A DNA stretch of 63,999 nucleotides, counting the filler, from an uncultured bacterium (GTDB lineage Bacteria; DAOPZR01), in the NCBI GenBank assembly GCA_964637655.1. It is 16 parts of 16 records of this genome, joined end to end, with 100 filler letters (N's around TTAATTAATTAA, not from the genome) between each part and the next. Parts side by side here need not be neighbours in the genome. Positions count along the whole stretch, not along the records: positions 1 to 4,100 come from CAZWUZ010000312.1; positions 4,201 to 8,298 come from CAZWUZ010000313.1; 14 more parts are not named here. The stretch is one strand, 5' to 3'. The notes under the pieces were generated by a model. It did not search any database and had not been told where the DNA came from. It was given only the letters and a program-made list of their open reading frames with translations. The position numbers and the translations under genes are program-made. This document shows positions 1 through 7,283 of the stretch, piece after piece. Every line of letters starts with the position of its first letter. The first letter of the stretch is position 1.

Positions 1-521
1 CAGCGGTTGATGCCCGACCGACGCAGGTAATACAGCAGGTCCAGCGCTGTGAGCTCGGGCGACGAAACCCGGACATACCCGGCATCGGTCTTTTTCTTTT
101 CGATATCCTGCTCATCCCATTTGCCGGCAATGGGAAAATGAATGCTGTTTTTGCTGTTCATTATTGACCGCAATCGCGGGCGTACCGTCATCACCGCTGA
201 CGCCATCGGTTGCTGATGCCCGGCCCCGTGCAGCGCCGCAGCGGAAAACAGGGCAAGATAATATGGCTTTTTCAACCAGGCCATCAGCTGGTCAATGTAT
301 AAGTGGCAGGGCAGCATCCCGCTCCGCGAATATTCCGGGGGGATAATGGCATAAAAACCATTACGCACCAGCGCAATCAGCCCTTTTTTCTGATACCGGA
401 ATATGGCCTGCTCAACCGCTTTTTCCGAAACACCAAGAAATGCCCTGACCTCGTCCACAGTAAACGAGTACCCGCCCTGTGACCGCCGCTTCGTTATGAA
501 TGCGTTCAATCGTTCAGGCAT
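1..521 (-). CDS. Type IV toxin-antitoxin AbiEi-family antitoxin/regulator (3' end runs off window)
   Basis: Absent from the ORF track; translated by hand from ATG 521 (AAGGA RBS): MPERLNAFITKRRSQGGYSFTVDEVRAFLG...LIALVRNGFYAIIPPEYSRSGMLP...YYLALFSAAALHGAGHQQP...GYVRVSSPELTALDLL. The wHTH N-terminus and SAAxLHG/SPExTxLD motifs are typical of AbiEi. GC is lower than in the flanking DNA. Confidence 0.8.
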   Translation of the reverse strand, partial: MPERLNAFITKRRSQGGYSFTVDEVRAFLGVSEKAVEQAIFRYQKKGLIALVRNGFYAIIPPEYSRSGMLPCHLYIDQLMAWLKKPYYLALFSAAALHGAGHQQPMASAVMTVRPRLRSIMNSKNSIHFPIAGKWDEQDIEKKKTDAGYVRVSSPELTALDLLYYLRRSGINR

Positions 522-544
522 AACCGTCCTTATCACATGCGTAA

Positions 545-600
545 ATATGCGATACCATACGCTTGTCGTAGTATATCGCATATATTGACATATTTGTCAA
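545..600 (-). promoter_or_regulatory. abiEi promoter region with inverted-repeat operator
   Basis: ATATGCGATA (545-554) and TATCGCATAT (574-583) form an inverted repeat. TTGACA-TATT-TGTCAA palindrome at 585-600. On the minus strand, TTGACA (600-595) and TATACT (575-570) are 19 bp apart. Confidence 0.6.
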
Positions 601-633
601 GGGTTTTCGCTGTCACAGGCGGATCAATCCGAT

Positions 634-665
634 GGTCGCAGGTTCGAATCCTGCCGGGCGCGCCA
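634..665 (+). mobile_element. 3' fragment of a tRNA (Arg-like), probable att site of a tRNA-integrated element
   Basis: GGTCGCAGGTTCGAATCCTGCCGGGCGCGCCA is a T-arm, acceptor 3' strand and CCA. No matching 5' half (GCGCCCG..., D-arm, anticodon arm) lies upstream. Confidence 0.7.
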
Positions 666-673
666 GTACTGCT

Positions 674-1942
674 TCAGCGCACCGTGCGGAACAGGTCGGC
701 AGGCAGCGGGCAGCCGCGCTCCTTGAGCACGTCAAGGTAGCGCGAGGTGAGCCCCGTCGCCTGCAGGCGTGCCGCTTCTTTGCTGCCGCCCCACGCGAAC
801 AGGTCCTGCAGCAGTATGGTGTTTCCTTCCATCCCCTGGATTTCGCAGATTTTCGTGACGCAGCGTTTCCCCGCGGGGAAGCGGTCGAGGTGGACGATAA
901 TCTGCACCGACGAGGAAATCTGCGCGCGGATGGCGTCGGTGGTCAGCCCGAGCCCCGCCATCAGCACCATGGTTTCGAGCCGCGCGAGCACGTCGCGCGG
1001 GGTATTGGCATGGATGGTCGACATCGAGCCGTCATGCCCGCTGTTCATCGCCTGCAGCATGTCGAGTGCCTCGGGTCCGCGCACTTCGCCGACGATGATG
1101 CGGTTGGGGCGCATACGCAGGGCGTTGCGCACCAGGTCGCGCGCGTTCACCCGCCCCTTCCCCTCGACGTCGGGGAGGCGCACTTCCATCCCCGCGAGGT
1201 TCTTGCGCCCGAGGCGCAGTTCCGCGGCGTCCTCGATGGTGATCAGCCGCTCGTGCGCCGGGATGGTGCGCGCGAGGATGTTGAGCAGCGTCGTCTTCCC
1301 CGTACCCGTGCCGCCCGAGACGATGACATTGAGCCGCCCGCAGACGCAGGCGGTGAGGAACTGCGCCGCCGTCTCGGGGAGCGAGCCGCTGCTGATGAGG
1401 TCGGGCAGCGTCATCTGCTGCTCGGGGAACTTGCGCACGGTGAGCAGCGTGCCATTCAGCGCCACGGGGGGGATGACGACGTTGACCCGCGAGCCGTCAG
1501 GGAGCCGCGCGTCGACATAGGGCTGCGTCTCGTCGAGCCGCCTCCCGAGCGGGGAGACGATGCGGTCCGCCACCCGCCGCAGGTGATCCTCGTCCATGAA
1601 GCGTTTGCCGGTATCGTGCAGCACCCCGCCACGCTCAATGAAAATTTCGTGCGGACCGTTGACCATGATCTCGGTGACCGCGGGGTCGGCGAGGTAGGTG
1701 CTGATGGGTCCGTAGCCGGCGAGGTCGCTGACGATGTCGGTGGTCATCGCCTGCAGTGCCGCGCGGTCGATGGCGATCCCCGTCTCCGACGAACGCGTGA
1801 GCAGCGTGTCACTGACCAGCGTGCGCAGTTCCGCGATGCGCGGATCAATACTGCAGTCGAGACAGGAAAAATCGGGGATGGCGGTCTTTTCCTTGATCTC
1901 GTCGAACACCTGTTTCTGCAGTTGCCGCAGTTTCGCATCCAT
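674..1942 (-). CDS. cpaF: CpaF/TadA-family pilus assembly ATPase
   Basis: EIMVNGP, VDARLPDGSRVN, Walker A SGGTGTGKTT, IEDAAEL, ALRMRPNRIIVGEVRG, AMNSGHDGSMSTIHAN. Start at ATG 1942 after GAGGTG RBS. Confidence 0.92.
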   Translation of the reverse strand: MDAKLRQLQKQVFDEIKEKTAIPDFSCLDCSIDPRIAELRTLVSDTLLTRSSETGIAIDRAALQAMTTDIVSDLAGYGPISTYLADPAVTEIMVNGPHEIFIERGGVLHDTGKRFMDEDHLRRVADRIVSPLGRRLDETQPYVDARLPDGSRVNVVIPPVALNGTLLTVRKFPEQQMTLPDLISSGSLPETAAQFLTACVCGRLNVIVSGGTGTGKTTLLNILARTIPAHERLITIEDAAELRLGRKNLAGMEVRLPDVEGKGRVNARDLVRNALRMRPNRIIVGEVRGPEALDMLQAMNSGHDGSMSTIHANTPRDVLARLETMVLMAGLGLTTDAIRAQISSSVQIIVHLDRFPAGKRCVTKICEIQGMEGNTILLQDLFAWGGSKEAARLQATGLTSRYLDVLKERGCPLPADLFRTVR

Positions 1943-2005
1943 GAGCGTCACCTCGTCGTGCGGACAGGATAGCACCCGCCCCCCGCCGCGTCAATGCTGC
2001 CGGGG

Positions 2006-3565
2006 TTACGCCTTGCGGCACCAGAACCGGTACATCCCCAGGAACAGGCCCGGATACAATTCCTCCAGTTTCGCCCAGCAGGCGCAACTGTCGCCCGGGC
2101 CGCAGAGCGTCCGGTACAACCGGCGCGCCTCGCTGTCCGTGGCGAAGGCGAGCAGGGACAGCCCGAGCTCATCAAGCGCAGAGGCGATGCGCGGCAGCGT
2201 GAAACACTGTTCCCGGACGTGGAACAGCATATCGCGGCAGCCGCCAAGGTGGTAGAAATCGCGCAGCGCGGTGCAGCCAAAGGCAGGATGTTCACGCGGC
2301 AGCGCGCTGAGGTGCGCCCGCGCCGCGCGGATGCCATCCTGAGTCGGCGGCACGCCCATGTCGCGTACTGCTGCCTGCGCGGCAGTAATGCCGCGGCGCG
2401 CCGTTGCACTGTACAACCCGACGAGCATGACCCCGCCGGGGCGGAGCAGTCGCAGCAGGCGGCGCCAGCCGTCGAGCGGATCGTTGAGATGGTGCAGCAC
2501 GCCGGTGCAGATGATGGCATCGAACTCCCGTTCCCAGCCGTCGAGCCGGAGCAGGTCCGCCTGATACAGTTCGACGTCAATCCCCGCACGCTGTGCCATC
2601 AGCGACGCATAGGCCAGACTGCTGCGTGAGAGGTCAATCCCGGTGACCGAGGCCGGGCACCACGCGGCGGCGGCGGTCAGTAGTTCCTGCCCGGTACCGC
2701 AGCCGGCCACCAGCAGGCGCGGGCGCTGCAGGAATGCCGGCGGCTGCCACGTGCCGCCGGTCAGCAGGTGCAGGTGTTCCGCCAGCGTGACCCGTGCGCC
2801 GCGGGTCAGCCGGAACCAGCGTGGATAGGGGTGTGCTTCATACAGCGCGCGCACCTGCGCCGAGGTACCGTCCGCTATCGGGGTCAGCGACGGGATATTC
2901 TTCGCTCGCTCCGCCAGTTCCGGGTCAGCACTGCCGGGTTCGTACAGCGCGCGCACCCAGCCCGGCGCCGACGGGAGGCGCGCCGCTTCCTCCGCGCTCA
3001 CCGCCCAGGCCCCCTCGTTGAGCCGGCATTGCGCTGCCAGCGCGCCGGCCAGTTCCGGTGCTGTGCGCGGCGGGTTGAGACACCACTGCCGGCGCAGCCG
3101 GGTGAGTTCATCCTCGATTGTCAGGTCGGTCAGGATATCGCTGCGCAACACCACCTGCAGCAACGGATCATCGGTCAGCAACGGTGAATTTCCGAGCAGT
3201 ACCGCCGCGGCCGGAATCAGCGGCGCGGCCTCGAGGTGTTCACAGGCCAGGCAATCGGTCAGCTGCTGACGCGAGCGCAGGCGCAACGCCAGATACGGGC
3301 GGCAGGCCAGGCAGCGTGCCAGCCCGAGGCGACAACGCGCCTCGCCGGGATGACGCTCCAGCACCTGCTCAAAACAGGCCAGCGCCGCGCGGTACTGTCC
3401 CGTGCCGGCATAGAGTTCGCCAAGGGTGGTCAGCAGCAGCACCGAATCCGGCTGTCCGGCCAGCAACTGTTCGAGATGCTGCACAGCAGCGGTTTCGTTC
3501 CCCTGCCGGTAAAGCGCCATCGCCGCCGCCACCTCTGCGGCAGGCACTTCCGTCCCCGGCTGCAC
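2006..3565 (-). CDS. TPR-repeat + class I SAM-dependent methyltransferase
   Basis: N-terminal TPR helices (AMALYRQGN...LGELYAGTGQYRAALACFEQVL), YEAHPYPRW motif, motif I LVAGCGTG, GIDLS, FDAIICTGVLHHL, LRPGG. Confidence 0.85.
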   Translation of the reverse strand: MQPGTEVPAAEVAAAMALYRQGNETAAVQHLEQLLAGQPDSVLLLTTLGELYAGTGQYRAALACFEQVLERHPGEARCRLGLARCLACRPYLALRLRSRQQLTDCLACEHLEAAPLIPAAAVLLGNSPLLTDDPLLQVVLRSDILTDLTIEDELTRLRRQWCLNPPRTAPELAGALAAQCRLNEGAWAVSAEEAARLPSAPGWVRALYEPGSADPELAERAKNIPSLTPIADGTSAQVRALYEAHPYPRWFRLTRGARVTLAEHLHLLTGGTWQPPAFLQRPRLLVAGCGTGQELLTAAAAWCPASVTGIDLSRSSLAYASLMAQRAGIDVELYQADLLRLDGWEREFDAIICTGVLHHLNDPLDGWRRLLRLLRPGGVMLVGLYSATARRGITAAQAAVRDMGVPPTQDGIRAARAHLSALPREHPAFGCTALRDFYHLGGCRDMLFHVREQCFTLPRIASALDELGLSLLAFATDSEARRLYRTLCGPGDSCACWAKLEELYPGLFLGMYRFWCRKA

Positions 3566-3577
3566 CTCCGGTGCCGT

Positions 3578-4078
3578 TCAGCCGTACCCGCCGTTCCCGC
3601 CATTGCCGCCGTTGCCATAAACGAAAAAGAAACCGTTGCCGCCATTGCCGCCGGCCCCTCCGGTCCCGCCGTTGCCGCCGACACCGACAACCATGCCGCC
3701 GGCAACCGCTTTCAGTTCGTCTTCGCTCAGCGGTGCATCCTGCACGGGGGGGAGCGACAGCACGAGAAAGCGCTCGTTTTCGCTCTCCTGATGCAACCGG
3801 AGTTCGATGCCGCCCGCCAGCGGGAGCAGGCCGGCAAGCAGCGCCGCGAACTGTTCCTTCACCGCCGCGTGCAGCCGCACGGCGGGCGGGATGGCGACAT
3901 GCCTGAGGGTGCTGGTATCCTCCAGTACCGTCACGCGACAGCCGGCGGAAAGCGTCAGGCCGGCCGCGGTCAGCACGCCCACCGGGTCGGCGAGCAGTTT
4001 CCGGCGGCAGTCGCCGTCGCGCCACGCGCCGGCAATCACCCCGGCAAGCAGCGCCCGTTCAGTGTCGATGGCCGACAC
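3578..4078 (-). CDS. NHLP-leader RiPP precursor with Gly/Asn-rich core (may extend to contig edge at 4100)
   Basis: AWRDGDCRRKLLADPVGVL...VTVLEDT...HVAIPP leader; double-Gly cleavage motif LSEDELKAVAGG; core MVVGVGGNGGTGGAGGNGGNGFFFVYGNGGNGGNGGYG. Frame stays open upstream to the contig end. Confidence 0.85.
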   Translation of the reverse strand: MSAIDTERALLAGVIAGAWRDGDCRRKLLADPVGVLTAAGLTLSAGCRVTVLEDTSTLRHVAIPPAVRLHAAVKEQFAALLAGLLPLAGGIELRLHQESENERFLVLSLPPVQDAPLSEDELKAVAGGMVVGVGGNGGTGGAGGNGGNGFFFVYGNGGNGGNGGYG

Positions 4079-4100
4079 CTGCTTGTCGTTGATCGCCGAC

Positions 4101-4200
4101 NNNNNNNNNNNNNNNNNNNNNNNNNNNNNNNNNNNNNNNNNNNNTTAATTAATTAANNNNNNNNNNNNNNNNNNNNNNNNNNNNNNNNNNNNNNNNNNNN
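4101..4200. other. Artificial contig spacer (N-run with TTAATTAATTAA linker), first of 15
   Basis: Identical 100-bp spacers at 4101, 8299, 12497, 16659, 20797, 24928, 29054, 33148, 37234, 41293, 45351, 49406, 53458, 57494 and 61483. The linker gives stops in all six frames, and contig sizes decrease steadily. Confidence 0.99.
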
Positions 4201-4205
4201 GGTTG

Positions 4206-4402
4206 CGGCGGTCCGGGACGTCCCGCCGTACTGGCGTGGACCGGCGGCTCGGCGCAGCCTCGCCCTCCAGGTCTGTGGTGTGCTGGGGGGCGAGCCTGCG
4301 GCGGGGCGTCGCGGGTGGCGTTTGCGCGTGGTTTCGGCGGTCCGGGACGTACCGCCGTACTAGCGTGGACCGGCGCGGCTCGGCGCAGCCTCGCCCTCCA
4401 GG
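4206..4402. repeat. Two ~66-bp direct repeats, REP-like
   Basis: 4206-4271 and 4335-4402 both read CGGCGGTCCGGGACGT(C/A)CCGCCGTACT(G/A)GCGTGGACCGGC...GGCTCGGCGCAGCCTCGCCCTCCAGG. Confidence 0.8.
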
Positions 4403-4493
4403 GCTGCGGGCGAGTAACGAGTTGAGATAAGTAGGCTTAGAAAAAAGATGTTTTGACTTGAAACCGTACCTGTAAGAGGGATATATTCAAGAC

Positions 4494-5825
4494 ATGAGAA
4501 CGGTGATCGAACGGCTGGTGGGTGAGGCGCTGACGCGGCGGATACCGGAGACGGTGCCGCGTGACGTGCGCGTCAGAAAGATGCCGGGCAAGGTGTCGGT
4601 GCTGACCGGCATGCGGCGGACGGGCAAGACGTCGCTCTGTTTCCAGTCCATGCGCGAGCTGCTGGCCTCCGGGGTGGCGCGCGAGCGGCTGCTCTATCTG
4701 AATTTCGAGGACGACCGCCTTGCGGGGGTACGGGTGGGCGACCTGCAGTGGATCGTCGAGGCGTTTTACGGCGCGAACCCGCCGCTCAAGGAGCAGAACT
4801 GCTGGTTTTTTTTTGACGAGATCCAGAGGGTCGACCAGTGGGAGCTGTTCGTCCGCCGCGTTCTCGACACCGAGCGGGTGGAGGTCACGCTGACCGGCTC
4901 GTCGGCGAAGCTTTTGAGCAGGGAGCTCGGCACGGCCATGCGGGGGAGGTCGCTGGCCACGGAGGTCTTCCCGCTTTCTTTCCGTGAGTACTGCCGGTTT
5001 CAGGGCGTGCGCGTGCCGGAGCGGCCGGTCTATGGCGACCGCGACCGTTACGCGCTGGCGAAGGCGGCGGAAGGCTATCTGCGCACGGGGGGGTTTCCCG
5101 AAGTCCAGAAATGCGAGGAGGACGTCTGGCGGACGGTGCTTCAGGAGTATGCGGACGTGGTGATCCTGCGTGACGTGATCGAGCGGCACGGGCTGGGCAA
5201 CTATGCGGCGGCAAAAGCCTTGGCGCGGCACGTCGCGCAGAATCCGGGGCAACTGCTGAGCGTGACGCGGCTGGCGGCGTCGTTCTCGCAGGCGGGCATC
5301 GCGTGCGGCAAGAGCCTGCTGTTCGACGTTCTGGAGCATCTGCATGACGCCTACTTCTGCTTTCCAGTGGAGGTGCATGACCGGTCGCTGCGCAGGCGGC
5401 AGGTGAATCCCAAAAAGGTGTATGCGGCGGACACGGGCCTGTGCCGGGCCTTCTCGCCGGGGATCACGGGCGACAGGGGCGCGGCACTCGAGGGCGCGGT
5501 ATTCACGGCGCTGAGGGCGGGCGGCCTGCGCCCGGACTACGTGGTGACGCCGCAAAAGACCGGTGTCGACTTTGTCTACGAAGGCGGCGGGGGATGGCGG
5601 TTTGTGCAGGCGTGCTGGTCGCTGGCGGATGCCGGCACGGCGGCGAGGGAGTTCCGGGGGCTGGCGGACGCATTGCCGCTGCACCCGAAGGCTGGCCGTA
5701 CCGTTGTCACGTGGAACGAGGAGGGCGAACGCGAGGGCGTCCGCATCGTGCCGGCCTGGCGCTGGCTGCTGGAAGCGGGGGAGGACGGAGTGAAAGATGA
5801 GCGACAGTCCGAATACGCTGAATGA
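4494..5825 (+). CDS. AAA_14 + DUF4143 ATP-binding protein
   Basis: GMRRTGKT Walker A, YLNFEDDRL, FFDEIQ Walker B, LTGSS, GGFPE, PKKVYAADTGL, ALEGAVF, GVDF. Confidence 0.88.
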   Translation: MRTVIERLVGEALTRRIPETVPRDVRVRKMPGKVSVLTGMRRTGKTSLCFQSMRELLASGVARERLLYLNFEDDRLAGVRVGDLQWIVEAFYGANPPLKEQNCWFFFDEIQRVDQWELFVRRVLDTERVEVTLTGSSAKLLSRELGTAMRGRSLATEVFPLSFREYCRFQGVRVPERPVYGDRDRYALAKAAEGYLRTGGFPEVQKCEEDVWRTVLQEYADVVILRDVIERHGLGNYAAAKALARHVAQNPGQLLSVTRLAASFSQAGIACGKSLLFDVLEHLHDAYFCFPVEVHDRSLRRRQVNPKKVYAADTGLCRAFSPGITGDRGAALEGAVFTALRAGGLRPDYVVTPQKTGVDFVYEGGGGWRFVQACWSLADAGTAAREFRGLADALPLHPKAGRTVVTWNEEGEREGVRIVPAWRWLLEAGEDGVKDERQSEYAE

Positions 5826-5979
5826 GGACGCGACGCTGGCCGGGCCGGGCGCGGGGCGGCGGGCGGAGCTTGCGCCGGGCGCGCGGCTGGGGCGGTACGG
5901 GATCGTGCGGCTGCTGGGGCGCGGCGGCATGAGAGGTGCAGTTTGTTCTGACGTCTGTCTTCTGACTTCCGTCTTCTGA
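5797..5979 (+). pseudogene. Truncated duplicate of the Ser/Thr kinase N-terminus
   Basis: 5832-5931 matches 7319-7418 at 96/100 nt (TLAGPGAGRRAELAPGARLGRY.IVRLLGRGGM). Similarity ends in the Gly-rich loop and runs into heptamer repeats. Confidence 0.85.
5947..5979. repeat. Heptamer-type repeat (TTCTGAC-like), left arm of an inverted pair
   Basis: TCTGACGTCTGTCTTCTGACTTCCGTCTTCTGA; its reverse complement matches 7185-7217 at 29/33. Confidence 0.75.
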
Positions 5980-5988
5980 TTTTCACTC

Positions 5989-6017
5989 TTGACATGTTGA
6001 AAATCATCAGATAGCAT
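5989..6017 (+). promoter_or_regulatory. Sigma70 promoter, probably leaderless
   Basis: TTGACA-17-TAGCAT, with the ATG (6024) 6 nt downstream and no RBS. Confidence 0.6.
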
Positions 6018-6023
6018 ACCGAT

Positions 6024-7205
6024 ATGCAACATGAGTTAGTTCAGAGAAAAACCTTGCTGAGGGAGCTGGCGCTGCGGAGCGGCGAAGCGCCGGTGACGGT
6101 TCTGTTGGGCGCGCGCCAGGTGGGCAAGACCACGCTGGCGCACATGTTCTGCGTCGGGCGCGGGGATGTGGCGTGGTATGATCTGGAGACCTCGGCCGGG
6201 ATGGAAAGCCTGCGCGCCCTGCCCGAGAAAACCCTGGGGGGCAAACGCGGCCTGGTGGTGTTGGACGAGGTGCAGCGGATGCCTGACCTGTTCCGGCTCC
6301 TGCGGCCGCTGTGCGACCGCAAGGGGGTGCCCGCGCGGTTCCTGCTGCTGGGCAGCGCCTCGCCGGAGCTGATGCGCGGCGTCTCCGAATCGCTGGCGGG
6401 GCGCGCGCAGTTCCTGCACGTCCCCGGCCTGACCGTCGCGGAAGTCGGCGCGGAGAACCAGGACCGCCTGTGGATGCGGGGCGGGTTTCCCTCCGCGTAT
6501 CTCGCGAAAGACGCGGCGGCGGCCGGGCGCTGGCACGAGGGCTTTGTCCAGACGTTTCTGGAGCGCGACATCCCCCAGCTCGGCATCCGCGTGCCCGCCG
6601 CCGCCCTGCGCCGTTTCTGGGCCATGGCCGCGCATTACCACGGGCAGGTGCTGAACCTGGCGGACCTGGGGCGCGTGCTGGGCGTCTCGCCCGCGACGGC
6701 CCGCCATTATCTCGACATCCTGTGCGGTTCGTATGTGATGCGGCTGCTTCAGCCCTGGTTCGAGAACCTGGGCAAGCGTCAGGTCAAGTCGCCCAAGCTG
6801 TACTTCCGGGACAGCGGTCTCCTGCACTTCTTTCTCGGCACGGAAGGGATGGACGGTCTGCTGGCGCATCCCCGCCTCGGCGCGTCATGGGAGGGGTTCG
6901 CGCTGGAGCAGGTGCTGGCGCAGGTCGGAGAGCGGGACACCTATTTTTGGGCGACGCAGCGGGGCGCGGAGCTGGATCTGCTCGTCGTCCGCAAGGGGCG
7001 GCGGTACGGGTTCGAGTTCAAGGCCAGCGACGCGCCCAAGCTGACGCCGTCCATGCGTATCGCGGTTGAGGATCTGAAGCTCGACCGCCTGTGGGTGCTC
7101 CATCCGGCGGAGTCGGAGCCCTATGCGCTTGCCGAAAAGGTCGAGGCGTATCCGCTCAGAAAATGGACGACGCGGTGTCTGGAGTCAGTAGACAGAAGTC
7201 AGTAG
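6024..7205 (+). CDS. AAA_14 + DUF4143 ATP-binding protein
   Basis: GARQVGKTT, LDEVQ, LLGSAS, ESLAGR, GGFP, FLERDI, VKSPKLYFRDSGL, GASWEGF, ELDL, FEFK. Confidence 0.9.
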   Translation: MQHELVQRKTLLRELALRSGEAPVTVLLGARQVGKTTLAHMFCVGRGDVAWYDLETSAGMESLRALPEKTLGGKRGLVVLDEVQRMPDLFRLLRPLCDRKGVPARFLLLGSASPELMRGVSESLAGRAQFLHVPGLTVAEVGAENQDRLWMRGGFPSAYLAKDAAAAGRWHEGFVQTFLERDIPQLGIRVPAAALRRFWAMAAHYHGQVLNLADLGRVLGVSPATARHYLDILCGSYVMRLLQPWFENLGKRQVKSPKLYFRDSGLLHFFLGTEGMDGLLAHPRLGASWEGFALEQVLAQVGERDTYFWATQRGAELDLLVVRKGRRYGFEFKASDAPKLTPSMRIAVEDLKLDRLWVLHPAESEPYALAEKVEAYPLRKWTTRCLESVDRSQ

Positions 7206-7270
7206 ACAGAAGTCAGAAGTGGAGCGGGAGTGAAGGAGAGCAGTGGGCAGTAGGCAGTGGGCAGTGAGCG
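7185..7270. repeat. Heptamer tandem repeats (GTCAGAA/GACAGAA, then GCAGTGG type)
   Basis: TCAGTAGACAGAAGTCAGTAGACAGAAGTCAGAAG and GCAGTGGGCAGTAGGCAGTGGGCAGTG. A similar AAGTCAG run sits inside the kinase at ~8243-8275. Confidence 0.75.
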
Positions 7271-7283
7271 GCACAGGTGAACA

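Noticed and set aside
590-665. Complete tRNA gene
   Set aside because: Only the T-arm, acceptor 3' strand and CCA are present; no D or anticodon arm and no complementary 5' strand.
632-1972. Long antisense ORFs (also 4437-6032, 34761-36395, 39671-41236, 51727-53457, 55946-57541 and others)
   Set aside because: Shadow ORFs caused by high-GC codon bias opposite well-supported genes; no recognisable motifs.
4101-4200. Regularly recurring TTAATTAATTAA motif, and ORFs ending in X...LIN
   Set aside because: Artificial contig linkers. Cross-spacer adjacency, such as NHLP next to the ATPases or IS91 next to purH, is meaningless.
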